NCBI GenBank assembly: GCA_963735595.1
Contig: CAVTLK010000003.1
Location: forward strand, 1 to 64,000
Direction of reading: 5' to 3'
DNA from: an uncultured delta proteobacterium
GTDB lineage: Bacteria > Desulfobacterota > Zymogenia > Zymogenales > Zymogenaceae
DNA length: 64,000 bases
Shown here piece by piece: positions 43,035-53,593 of this stretch. Made by a program: the position numbers and the translations under genes. Position 1 is the stretch's first letter; each line of letters begins with the position of its first letter. The notes under the pieces are model-generated. The model did no database searches. It saw only the letters and a program-made list of their open reading frames with translations, and was not told the DNA's origin.

Positions 43035-43799
43035 TTACATAGAGAACTTTTCTCCCAGATACTTTTCGCGGGCCTTTTCGTCCGACGCGATGCGCCGCGG
43101 GGTGCCGTGGATGAGGATATTTCCCTCGTTGAGGATATAGGCCCTGTCGCAGATGCCTAGTGTCTCCCGCACGTTATGGTCGGTGATGATAATGCCGATG
43201 CCCCGCTTCTTGAGCGACAGTACGATATTCTGAATATCGTTGACGATAATCGGATCGATACCGGAAAAGGGCTCGTCCAGGAGAATAAAATGAGGGTTAA
43301 TTACCAGCGAACGGGTAATCTCTACCCGCCGCCTCTCCCCGCCCGATAGGGTGATTGCCTTATTATTTGCCAGGTGGGCGATCTTGAGGTCGGAAAGGAG
43401 GACGGCCAGCCGGTCTTCGCGTTCGGCGTTGCTGATTGGCAGCGTCTCGAGAATAGACATGATGTTCTCGGCAACCGTCATCTTCCTGAAGATCGACGAT
43501 TCCTGGGGGAGGTAGGTGATCCCCATGCGGGCGCGCTCGTACATCGGTAGCTCGCCGATGTCGTTGCCGTCGAGCATGATCCTGCCGGTATCGGGTTTCA
43601 CGATCCCTACTATCATGTAAAAACTCGTGGTTTTCCCGGCGCCGTTGGGCCCCAGGAGTCCGACGATCTCGCCAGAGTGGACTTCAAAATTTACGTGATC
43701 GACGACGACCCGCTTCTTGAAGGCCTTTGTCAGGCCTTCAACGGTAAGGAGATGGCCGTTTGCCGCTTTCGTTTGTGGATTTGTAGTGCGTGAGGACAT
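43035..43799 (-). CDS. lptB: LPS export ABC transporter ATPase
   Basis: GLLGPNGAGKTTSFYMIVG, YLPQE.SIFRK, LSGGERRRVEI, ITDHNVRETL. Confidence 0.96.
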   Translation of the reverse strand: MSSRTTNPQTKAANGHLLTVEGLTKAFKKRVVVDHVNFEVHSGEIVGLLGPNGAGKTTSFYMIVGIVKPDTGRIMLDGNDIGELPMYERARMGITYLPQESSIFRKMTVAENIMSILETLPISNAEREDRLAVLLSDLKIAHLANNKAITLSGGERRRVEITRSLVINPHFILLDEPFSGIDPIIVNDIQNIVLSLKKRGIGIIITDHNVRETLGICDRAYILNEGNILIHGTPRRIASDEKAREKYLGEKFSM

Positions 43800-43956
43800 A
43801 GTTAATACCGGTTGTTATGCATAAACAATATTCGGGTGGACTCCGCTATCGGCGGTTTACGGGGAAACCCGTACGCATCGGCGTTTCCCGGAGGTGCGGT
43901 CCCATAACAAAGACGACGGCCGTCTTCCGCGGAAAAGAGCGGGACAGCCGAAACGC

Positions 43957-45003
43957 CTAAAACTCCTCCTGGGGGTAGATTGTCAGGTGGGCGCGGTTGG
44001 TGTCCGAACTCGTTACCACGCTCCGGTTTTCGTCAAGGAGGTAGACGATCTTATCGCCCTTTACCATATCGTCGCCCCGCCAGATAACAGGATTCCTTAC
44101 CAGTGTCAGTACGTTCTTGGTGTAGTCAAAGGTCATGAGGCCCGCCGTTGCCTTGATGTCGGCCTGGGTAAGACGCGCGCCGCCCTCGGCGGCGATCCGG
44201 CTAATCTTGCTGAGCTTGCCGGCGATCGAGTCCATGTAAATGGTAATAGTCGAGGCGGTGAGCCTGGCGTTCTTATAGGTAGCGACGGCCCCACCGGTAT
44301 AACGGAAGTACCCGCCCTTTCCGCTGGCTATGAAGCTACCCGACGTGATATGGACGGGGGCATCCATCCCGCCGATATCGGTGAAGCCCATTTTGTCTCC
44401 CCGGACGGACGGTGCGGAGGACCCTTCTCCGATGAGCGTGGTCGCGATATCGGATACGATTAAGAGCTCTTCGGTATCCATACTAAATTTGAGTCCCTTG
44501 CCCGTGAAATCGGCCTTGGACCCGGTGACGGTGATGAGGTCGTCGGTGGAGATTTCGTTGCGATCTGCGTTGAACAAGAGGGTATCGGCCGTCATAACAT
44601 AATCGGTGGCGGCCTTAATCTCTACATTGTCAGAAATGACGATATCCTTGGTGTCGGTATTGAGTACGCCGTTCTTGCCGGTGACGATGATCTCGTACTG
44701 ATCCTGGTAGATAAACTTGACGCGGATATCGGAAAATTCGGTTCTTGATTCATCCTTGAAAAACCGTGCCTGCCCCGATTCGATTTCGTAGAGGATCTTG
44801 CCTCCCTCAGACTCGGTGTATTTGAGCTTATCGGCCTCTATGCTCGGGGGCGCGGACTCGGAAACGGTCGTGGTCTCCTCCTCTTTTTCTTCCGCTTCTT
44901 TGAGCTTCCGAGAAGAAATGAAGAGAGATACAACAATCCCGGCAACGATCAGGATGATCAGGATTCCGAGGACGAGTCTTGTTTTTTTCATATTCATCAA
45001 TAT
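43957..45003 (-). CDS. LptC-LptA fusion protein
   Basis: N-terminal TM + LptC-like region + OstA/LptA-like region (PVHITS ... LVRNPVIWRGDDMVKGDKIVY); lies between kdsC and lptB. Confidence 0.8.
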   Translation of the reverse strand: MLMNMKKTRLVLGILIILIVAGIVVSLFISSRKLKEAEEKEEETTTVSESAPPSIEADKLKYTESEGGKILYEIESGQARFFKDESRTEFSDIRVKFIYQDQYEIIVTGKNGVLNTDTKDIVISDNVEIKAATDYVMTADTLLFNADRNEISTDDLITVTGSKADFTGKGLKFSMDTEELLIVSDIATTLIGEGSSAPSVRGDKMGFTDIGGMDAPVHITSGSFIASGKGGYFRYTGGAVATYKNARLTASTITIYMDSIAGKLSKISRIAAEGGARLTQADIKATAGLMTFDYTKNVLTLVRNPVIWRGDDMVKGDKIVYLLDENRSVVTSSDTNRAHLTIYPQEEF

Positions 45004-45063
45004 GCCCACAATAACAACGGGATGGAATTTCCTTATACCATGAGGCCGGCGATAAGTAAAGCC

Positions 45064-45597
45064 TTATTTATACCGCTGTATGATCTCGGCCCACGCGTCC
45101 TTAGCCTTGAGGATGAACTCGCACAGCTCCCTGACGGCGCCCCGGCCTCCTTCGAGATCGGTGATGATGTGGGCGCATTCGATGACCTCGCTGACGGCGT
45201 CCGAAGGGGCCGCGGCAAGGCCCGCCATGTTCATGGCGGGGATATCGATCAGGTCATCTCCCATGAAGGCGGCCTCGTCCGGCCATACGCCGGTTTCCTT
45301 GAGAAGGATCCCCATTACTTCCGCCTTGTTAAGGGCGCTCTGCCGGATGTACTGGATGCCAAGCTCCTTGCCCCGGTATTCCACGACCTTTGAGCTCCTC
45401 CCGGTAATGATGGCCGACTGAATCCCCGCACGCATAAGCATCTTGATTCCGTGGCCGTCCCGGACATTGAAGTTCTTCGATTCGGTCCCGTTTTCGTCAA
45501 GTATGATGGAGCCGTCCGTCATGACGCCGTCCACGTCAAAAACAACAAGTTTTATCTTCTTCGCGCGCTCGTACGCGTCTTCCGATTGTATCTTCAT
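45064..45597 (-). CDS. kdsC: KDO 8-phosphate phosphatase
   Basis: FDVDGVMTDG, FNVRDGHGI, GDDLID, GGRGAVRE. Confidence 0.95.
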   Translation of the reverse strand: MKIQSEDAYERAKKIKLVVFDVDGVMTDGSIILDENGTESKNFNVRDGHGIKMLMRAGIQSAIITGRSSKVVEYRGKELGIQYIRQSALNKAEVMGILLKETGVWPDEAAFMGDDLIDIPAMNMAGLAAAPSDAVSEVIECAHIITDLEGGRGAVRELCEFILKAKDAWAEIIQRYK

Positions 45598-45660
45598 GTA
45601 TCTCCCTTTCCCTGTACAATATATATACCGATCCGGTTTTTAAAGAACGCCGGCCGGCGT

Positions 45661-47205
45661 CTATTTCGGGGCGGCCCCGGATCGGTTCTTCACCGTTTCA
45701 AACATATCCTTACCCGCGAGCAATTGCGCGGTCAGGGGCATGGCCCCGCGGGCCGCATCGGCCATGGCCGCGGCAAGCCGCCTGATATCCCACTGGGCGG
45801 TCGTATCCATCCTGAGCCGGGCGACGTGGTAGAGCTCCCGGAGGTTGGTAAAGACCAGCACCCGGCGCCGGTGGGCGTTGGTAAGAACGTAGGGGGCGGC
45901 GCGCGGGTTCTCCCGCCGGACCGTTTCGTAGAGCGCCTCAGATTTATCCGTCGCCCGTTTGAAGATATCGGTCAGGCCGGCCTCCGTAATGGACGGGGGG
46001 ACTTCGACCCCGAGGCCGGTGTCGTAGTCCTGGGCGACGATGGTGGCCATGCGGTGCCGCTTGAGCTGGGCGAAGTTAGAGGCGGAGACGACCGCCTCGT
46101 AGGTGAGCGTGATCAGCTCGAACTCTCTGAGCACCCGGTCGTAGGACTCCAGGTGGGAGAACGCCGTGCCGATAAGCAGCTCCTTCCGGCGATCGGTCAG
46201 ATTCTTTACCGTGCTCATACACGAATCGAAATCGCGATTGCCGCGGGCAAACAGGAGGGCGGCGGCCAGACGTTCGTCGGCGTCGGGGGTGTAATCGATC
46301 AACTTCAGGGCGACGGCATCGCCGCCGGCCGTATCGGCGCGCCCGATGATGTCCCCGGCGATACCGGCGATCTCACCGGGCGTCCGGGTGTCGTAGGGGG
46401 TGGGATCGGTATGACGTATGACGGACGGGGCGTGGGGGAAGACCGCCTCGAAGATGAGGCGCGAGAGATCCCTGACCTCGGAGAGGGGGTGGGCGGCCAG
46501 CCTCCGGACGGTCATCTCGATGACGCGGCTGTTTGCGGTCATCCCCATCTGGGAGAGGGCCGCCAGCGGCATGACGTAGCGGGCGTCTTCCTTGGCGTAT
46601 CTCTCGACCACGCTTCTGCCCTTCGGGTCCGACCAGAGGTCGGGATACTTCTTTTTCATGAGGGGCAGCAGCCCCTCGTTCAGCGACGCGTAGGACGCGT
46701 TGAGAAACGAGACGAGCCCGGCCGTCTGTTCGGATAGTCCCACTGCGGCGATCTCTTCGGGGACGAGATAATCGCCGTGGAGGGTGATGTAGCGCTGTGA
46801 CTTTTCGGTATACGAGGCAAGCCTCGTGCGCTGAAGTTCTTCGATGGCCAGCCGGGAAACGCCGATGATATCCAGGTTGAATACGGCGTGCTCGGCGATC
46901 GACGAGTGCCCCATGCCGAAGATGATGGCCTGGTTGGAGCGCCGGGACCGCAGTATCTCGCGGGCGGCGTCCCGGCGAATCTCGTCCACCGGGCGGGGGT
47001 CCCGGCTGATACGGGCGTACCCGGCGGACAGGGTCTCGGGCGTCAGGTCTTCCGATTGCGAGAATTCGGTAAGAAAGGCCTTCAGCTCGTCCGTGAGGGC
47101 CGTGCCCTCGTCGCGAGCCGTATCCCGAATGGATTGCGCCCGCCGCCGATAATCGGCCAGCCTCTCGATATCAATGTTCATGCCGGACAGGATTACTCTC
47201 ATCAT
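45661..47205 (-). CDS. thyX: FAD-dependent thymidylate synthase, two-domain form
   Basis: GH.SIAEHA, SYTEKSQRY, EDARY, RHR, NLREL, AQWDIR. Confidence 0.85.
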   Translation of the reverse strand: MMRVILSGMNIDIERLADYRRRAQSIRDTARDEGTALTDELKAFLTEFSQSEDLTPETLSAGYARISRDPRPVDEIRRDAAREILRSRRSNQAIIFGMGHSSIAEHAVFNLDIIGVSRLAIEELQRTRLASYTEKSQRYITLHGDYLVPEEIAAVGLSEQTAGLVSFLNASYASLNEGLLPLMKKKYPDLWSDPKGRSVVERYAKEDARYVMPLAALSQMGMTANSRVIEMTVRRLAAHPLSEVRDLSRLIFEAVFPHAPSVIRHTDPTPYDTRTPGEIAGIAGDIIGRADTAGGDAVALKLIDYTPDADERLAAALLFARGNRDFDSCMSTVKNLTDRRKELLIGTAFSHLESYDRVLREFELITLTYEAVVSASNFAQLKRHRMATIVAQDYDTGLGVEVPPSITEAGLTDIFKRATDKSEALYETVRRENPRAAPYVLTNAHRRRVLVFTNLRELYHVARLRMDTTAQWDIRRLAAAMADAARGAMPLTAQLLAGKDMFETVKNRSGAAPK

Positions 47206-47242
47206 GGCTTTCCGTAAATCATTACAATCGTTTCTTGCGCGG

Positions 47243-48045
47243 TCAGCATAACGACGCCGAACATCCCGATTATCGGGATGGAGCCGAGTGAGGGCGGCTG
47301 CCGAAAAGACGGACCAGTTCGTCGAAAAATCTCCCTTCGAGAAACGTCCTGAGGCCGAGCGCCAGGGTGTAGAGCCGTTCGTCGGTCAGGACGACGGCCG
47401 CCAGCAGGAAGTCGGAATAGGCCGCGATGAACGTGAAGGCAAAGACGGCCGACAGCATCGGCAGCGACATCGGCAGTACGATCCACAGTAGACAGCGAGC
47501 GGCCCGGCGCCGTCGAGGTAGGCCGCCTGTTCCAGCGAAGGCGAGATTGTATCATAGAATCCTTTGAGAATCCAGGTCGCAAAGGGAACGGCCCCGCCCA
47601 GGTAGACGAGGACCAGCGCGCCGTGGGTATCCAGTATCCTGAGAAACTGGAGAATCTTGTAGATCGCCACGAGCGACATCACCGCCGGGAAAGAGCTGGA
47701 CCAGAAAGAGGCCCGAGGCGATTGCCGAGCGCCCGAGAAAACGATAGCGGGACAGGGTCCAGGCGGCAAGCGATGTGATCACTACCGCAATCAACGCCGT
47801 GGATGAGGCCACGATCATGGAGTTGCCCACCCATGGAGAAAATCCGTCTCCCGAAAGAGGATCCGGTAGTTGTCGAGGGTCAACCCGGTCGGGAGGATAT
47901 TTCCGGCATAAAGCTCGCCCGCCGCTCGAAAAAGAGACCGATACGATAAAGAGGATCGGGGCCGCCGAGATCAGGGCAAGGACCGAGACAAACAGGCCCG
48001 TCCGCCGGCCTTTCCCACCGCTTCGGAGATCCGTCCCAACCGCAT
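47243..48045 (-). pseudogene. Sugar ABC permease (MalG-like), frameshifted; bounds approximate
   Basis: LKGFYDTISPSLEQAAYLDGA (EAA loop). Confidence 0.7.
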
Positions 48046-48955
48046 CAGAAGGTCTCCTCCCGCTTCTTACCGAGACCGGCGCATGGCGACAATCGTGATA
48101 TGCCCCAATGGCCGCAAAGACCACGACGGCGTAGGCCGCGGCCAGGCCGTATCGACGGCTCATCAGGGTCAGCTTGAATATGTATGAGATGATGATGTCG
48201 GTAGCGCCCGCGCCCCCGATTGCCCCGGGGTAGGCCGGGCCGCCCGACGTCAGGAGGTAGATGGCCGTGAAATTATTGAACGAAGCTGTAAATCCGAGGA
48301 CCAGCACCGGGATCATGCGGCGGGTCACCAGCGGGAGCGTCAGGTAGAAGAATGATCGAAACGGTCCCGCGCCGTCGAGCCGCGCCGCATCGAATATGCC
48401 CGTCGGAAGGCTCTCTATAATACTTGAGGCGCTCACCGTCATGAAGGGGATCGCCAGCCACACGCTCACGATGAGCACCGAAATCCTGGCGGCGACCGGA
48501 TCGATGAGCCAGGGGATCTTCACGATTCCGAGAGCCCCGAGCAGGCCGTTGACCGCCCCGAAGTGGTAGTTGAACAGGCCCTTCCAGATGAGGATCGTGA
48601 CGAAGGCGGGCACTACCCAGGGCAGGACGATCAGCGGCCGGGCGGCGGCGGACAAGCCGTCGGGGCGATGCGGCGAGCATCTGCGCTGCGGCGACGCCCG
48701 ACCACGAAAGGGACCAGTATGCACGACAGGGAGTAGACGATGTTCCATACGAAGAGCCGGGTGAAGTCGGAGACGGGGCTCGTAAAGAGGTTGACGTAGT
48801 TGGCCGCACCCACGAAACGGTAGTCGTGATAATGAAAGAGGCTCATGTCCGTGGTGGAGAGGTACACGTTATAGAGGATCGGGATGATCGACAGCAGCAT
48901 GACGAGCATGTAGCGTCGGGACGACCGCCGCCGCGATGAAGGGCCGGTTCTTCAT
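48040..48955 (-). pseudogene. Sugar ABC permease (MalF-like), frameshifted
   Basis: LPWVVPAF..ILIW, IFDAARLDGA, FNNF..IYLLT.GGP. Confidence 0.75.
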
Positions 48956-48959
48956 TGCC

Positions 48960-50200
48960 TCATCTCCCGGATAACCGGCCGAAAGACGATCCTGCATGTC
49001 CGCAGAGGGCCTCGCGGGGCGAGACGGCGTGCCTGATAGCGCCGTCTCGGCCGCGCCCGATGTCGCATCCCAGATCAGGTCGCCCTCCGGGACGTTCGGA
49101 AAGGGATAGGAATCCGAGGCGATGGAAAGGGCGGTGCGCAGGTAGGGCACCGCGGCAAAATCCTCGTCCCGGTACACGCCCGGGTCGGCCATTACGAGGG
49201 TCCGTCCCCGAAAGCTCAAAGAAACGTCTGAGGTTTTCCGGCGGCAGGAGAAACGATGATAAATCGCTCGGCCCTGCCGGGATTATTCGCGTAGGCGCTG
49301 ACGCCCAGGCCCATCAGGGTGGACAGCGGCCTGCCGCGCCTGCCGTCCGCAAAGGGGGGCAGCTCATGGTAGCCGACCTCGATACCCAGTTGTTTCCAGT
49401 GGGAGTATGAGGTAGGTCCCGTAGACGGTCATGGCCAGCCGCCCCCTGGAAAAGAGGTCGGTAATAATCGGATAGGTGATGCCGATGGGGATAAGCCGAC
49501 GGCTGCAGCGTCAGGTCGGTCAACAGCGTCAAGGGCCTCGACGCCCCCCGGGCGTGCAGAGGCCGAGGTCGGCGGTGTCGATCCCGGCGAGCCCCGCGTC
49601 TCCCTAAAGATGTATGCGCCGCGGGCGTCATAAAAGGGAAACGTGAAGTAGAAGTTCGTGGGATCGGTCAGGAATCCGTAGGTATCGGCCGTGCCCGTCG
49701 CCGTCGGTGTCGGCCGTCATGCGCCCCGCCTCGTCAAAGAGCTCCTCCCAGGTTTTCGGCACCCGCTTGACGAGCTTTTCGTTGACCACCAGCCCGTAGG
49801 ACTCGACCGTCAGGGGGACGCCCATGAGAACACCGCGATAACGATAGGCCGTCGACCAGGGGGAGGGGATAGCGGGCCAGCAGCCCGGAAAAACGATCCA
49901 GGGGCGCCAGGAGCCCCATGAGGGACAGCGTCCCCACGGAGGTGTGGGAGATGCTCACGACGTCCGGCCCCTTTCCCGCGGGGGCGGCAAGCTCCAGCTT
50001 CGTGGTGATCTCAAAGAGGCCGATCTCGAACGATGCGGACGGCTATCCCGGTTTCGCGCTCGAAACGGTCGGCACTGTCTCTGAGCGCGCCGTATCTCGT
50101 CCGTGCTCATCGCCGCCCATACGGTGAGGCTCGTATCGCCGCGGCGGACGACCGGCAGCACGGGCAGAAAGAATAGACAGATGACGGCAGAAATGGCGGC
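48960..50200 (-). pseudogene. Sugar ABC substrate-binding protein (MalE-like), heavily frameshifted
   Basis: Fragments PAGKGPDVV, GVPLTVESYGLVVN, PKTWEEL, PNVPE...IW. Confidence 0.6.
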
Positions 50201-50331
50201 GATATATCTTTCATCGATAAAGCGGGTACGTCCGCCCGATAAATCTCCGATATACGCCGTTAGTGTATGTCAGGGCGCGGGCGGGGTCAAGGATATTTTT
50301 GGCGGGTACGGGCGGGGCCGTTGCGGGACGT

Positions 50332-50369
50332 AAAAAGCCGCCTTTCGTTGCATGAGCATGAAAGGCGGC
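50332..50369 (-). terminator. Rho-independent terminator
   Basis: gccgcctttc / gaaaggcggc stem followed by T5 on the minus strand. Confidence 0.65.
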
Positions 50370-50389
50370 CGTGTTAATTGGGCAACAGG

Positions 50390-51192
50390 CCCTCTCACGC
50401 GATCCGGGGCGAGAGTCGAAAACGGGCGGCGCTTCTCATACTCACGCGCCGCTCCAGGGCTTTAGCCGCCCGCCCGTCCGCTTCTGCGAGTCGCCGACGG
50501 CCGCCGTCAGGATGACGACCGGCCAGGATCAACAGAAAGACGAGGAGCCAGCGGAGAGTGCCCTCCACCTGGCCGAAGACCTTCATCGTCGGGCCCGGCC
50601 GGATTGCCGATCGAGGTCGCCGTACCGGTACTGCAGCTGTAAAACTTCGCCGATATTCCCCCGACCAGCGCCGCGAGGATAAACGAAAATTTGATGATCC
50701 GCGATAGTCGGTGCGGTCAGAGGATCGCGGACGTACCGTCAGATAGCACGGTATCGAGGTCCCGGAACACCACGGCCGACAGCGCCACGCCCACCAGGAT
50801 GCAAATAACCAGGCCCGAGGCCGTAGACGATCAGGATCGTCTGCATCAGCTGCCCTTCTTACGGAACGAATAGGCCAGAAGGAATACCGACAGGATCACC
50901 AGGAGCGTCCACAGGAGCCGGAATCCCATCGCCTCCCACTGGTTCATGAGGCTCCAGATCCTGATGAGCCGGTCGGTCTTGGCCTCGTCCGGGTAGCGGC
51001 CGACATGGCCCCGGAAAGCGACGGCAAGCATGACGACCGTATAGACGAGCCGGGACCAGAACCTCTGAACCGCCGCCTCCGGGAACATCGTTTTGAGGAG
51101 AGAGCCAGGCCCGATTTAAGGAGAAGGGCGATAACGATCGCCGAAGACGGCCGCAACACCCACCCCGATCAGATAAATGCAAGAATGTCCAT
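50390..51192 (-). other. One or two small hypothetical membrane-protein genes, frameshifted
   Basis: Hydrophobic ORF fragments (50846-51088 and others); no family recognised. Confidence 0.35.
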
Positions 51193-51195
51193 CTG

Positions 51196-51402
51196 CTAAT
51201 CCTTAAGATCGTTAAATATTTTTTTGCTCTCCGAAAACGAGATGCCGAGCGCCGTAAGGACTTTTCGCTTCGTCTCCATCCTGCAGCTTTTTCCCTTTTC
51301 GATACGGTCGATAGTCAGGACACTGACGCCCGCTTTTCGAGCCAGCTCCGATTTTGAGAGGAGCATCTGTTCCCGTATGGCGGTCAATGTATTCTTTGAC
51401 AT
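51196..51402 (-). CDS. Small XRE/Cro HTH protein
   Basis: IRE..LLSKSELARKAGVS.LTIDRIEKG..CRMETKRK. Confidence 0.85.
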   Translation of the reverse strand: MSKNTLTAIREQMLLSKSELARKAGVSVLTIDRIEKGKSCRMETKRKVLTALGISFSESKKIFNDLKD

Positions 51403-51441
51403 GGAAAACCCAACTGTTTTCTGATATGGCACCGAAACGGG

Positions 51442-51850
51442 TTAGTATTCGACGACCGGGGGCAGCTGTTTCGCGTGGGCTACCCATTTCTCAACGTCCT
51501 TTACCGAGGGGAGCTTTCTCACGAGCTTTTTCTTCTCGTTTATCTCCTTGATCTTCTGCCAGAGGGCGTCCGGCTTTCTGTTTCTGAGTTCCTTGACGGT
51601 ATCGACGCCCGCTTCTTCCAGAAGGTCGGAGTACTCCTCGCCCACTCCCTTGATTCGGAAGAGGTCGGCCAGGTTCACCCATTCGAGGATGAGTTTATGG
51701 CCGATGCCGGTCTTGTCTTCCAACTCCTTCCTTCCCTTGGCCGTCTTGCCGCGTTCGAGGAGCCTCGCGGTGGTCTTGATGCCGACAGCCGCCCAGTTTC
51801 TTCTTATACGCGTCTCCGATGCCCTCAATGTCCTTAATAGAAGGTGCCAT
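51442..51850 (-). CDS. DUF4332 protein (indel near N-terminus)
   Basis: DIEGIG; WVNLADLFRIKGVGEEYSDLLEEAGVDTVKEL..R. Confidence 0.85.
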
Positions 51851-52048
51851 GGTAACTCCTTACAAAAAATGGTTTTGTTAACATAAATAATATATGAAAT
51901 TATTTTAATATGCTATAAAAGTCAAGCAATTTTAGCGCATAATAGCTATTTTATATAGACTCCGCCCCCGTTTGGCCCCAGACGGCCGCCTTTTGTCTCA
52001 GTAGTGAAACCGGGAGCGTCACGCGGACATAAATATGGTTATTTTTTC

Positions 52049-52103
52049 TTGACTTTGCCGGCCTGGTTCGGTAGAGTATTAGCGTTACTATTAGAGTAGT
52101 AAC
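52049..52103 (+). promoter_or_regulatory. Promoter and palindromic operator of the ornithine operon
   Basis: TTGACT-17-TAGAGT followed by gttacta-ttagag-tagtaac (52084-52103). Confidence 0.65.
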
Positions 52104-52217
52104 AATAGATCGGCAGACCGATGAAAAAGGATATCCGATCGCGCGGAGGACGTTGGAGGGGATTTTTCTCGTAATTATCCGATACATGCCTAACAGGGTA
52201 TATACAGGGAGGCAGCC

Positions 52218-53265
52218 ATGAGACAGCCGGTAAAAATCGTCGTATGGGGAACGGGCCAGATGGGCACCGGGATCATAAAACTCGTCTTGCAGAAAGACGG
52301 GGATGGAACTGGCGGGAGTTATCTCCGCCCGAAAGGAGCGGGAGGGGATGGACGTGAGCGGCGTCATCGGCGCAGACAAGCCGATAGGCCTCACGGTATC
52401 CACCGACGCGGCCCGGTTACTTGCCGCGGTCAAGCCGGACGTCGTCCTGCACGCCACCTCGTCCAGGGTCGTGGATGCATTCGGTGAGCTGGAGACCGCG
52501 CTGGGCGCCGGTGCCAACGTCATCTCGATCGCCGAAGAGATGAGCTATCCGCGCTACGGGTCGCCGGATCTGACCGACAAGCTTGCGGCGACGGCAAAGC
52601 AGAACAAGGTCTCGATCCTGGGGACGGGCATCAACCCCGGCTTTGTCCTTGATCTGTTGGTCATCGCTTTGACCGGCGTCTGCTTCCGGGTTGATTCCAT
52701 CACGGCCCGCCGCGTCAACGACCTGTCTCCCTATGGGCCGTCGGTCCTCAGGACCCAGGGCGTGGGGATTACCCCCGAGGCGTTCCATGAGGGCGTGGCG
52801 GACGGTTCGGTGGTGGGACACTTCGGTTTTCCGGAATCGATCAGCATGATCGCCGGGAGCCTGGGCTGGGAGATTGAGCGCATCGAGCAGACCCGGGAGC
52901 CCATAGTAAGCCAGGTCGAGCGTAAAACCCCGTTTGTCACCATAACCCCCGGGCTCACCGCGGGCTGCAAGCACACCGGCATCGGCTACATGAAGGGAAA
53001 GCCCGTCATCACCCTCATCCATCCCCAGCAGGTGCACCCCCACCTGGCAGACGTAACCACCGGCGATTATATCGAGATCACGGGCAACCCAAACGTTTCA
53101 TTTTCCGGTTCTCCGGAGATCCCCGGCGGAATCGGGACCGAGGCGCTGGCAGTCAACATGATACCGCAGATAGTCAACGCGGCCCCCGGCCTCTATACGA
53201 TGGCCGAACTCCCGGTTCCCGCGGCGATCATGGGAGACGCCAGGAAGCTGATCGGAGGAAATTAG
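52218..53265 (+). CDS. ord: 2,4-diaminopentanoate dehydrogenase (+1 indel in G-run near 52300)
   Basis: WGTGQMG, NVISIAEEM.YP, LGTGINPGFVLD, R.NDLSP.G, GH.GFPESI, EIPGGIGT. Confidence 0.9.
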
Positions 53266-53267
53266 CA

Positions 53268-53588
53268 ATGGCCGATATCGTCATAAAGGGGCAGTGGGTC
53301 GAGGTCTATCGGGTCGTCCTTACACCCGGCGAGCGCGCCCCACAGGTCCCGGACGACACGAAACAGGTGCCCCTCGAGATGCGGGTCAAGGGATTCCTGG
53401 AAAAAGACGCTCAGATCGGTGATGAGGTCGTCGTCACGACGGCCGCCGGCAGGACCGTCGCGGGAAAACTCACGGCGGTCAACCCCGCCTACACCCATGG
53501 ATTCGGGGAACCGATCGCCGAGTTGATCGGCATCGGTCGCCAGGTGCGCGGCATTATCGCAGACCAAAAAGATCGAAAGAAGGGGTAG
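53268..53588 (+). CDS. ortA: 2-amino-4-oxopentanoate thiolase alpha subunit
   Basis: GERAPQVPDDTK.VPLEMRVKGFL, NPAYTHGFG. Confidence 0.93.
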   Translation: MADIVIKGQWVEVYRVVLTPGERAPQVPDDTKQVPLEMRVKGFLEKDAQIGDEVVVTTAAGRTVAGKLTAVNPAYTHGFGEPIAELIGIGRQVRGIIADQKDRKKG

Positions 53589-53593
53589 GAACT

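Noticed and set aside
45661..47205. Double-length ThyX as a novelty
   Set aside because: Two-domain Thy1 proteins are a known architecture.
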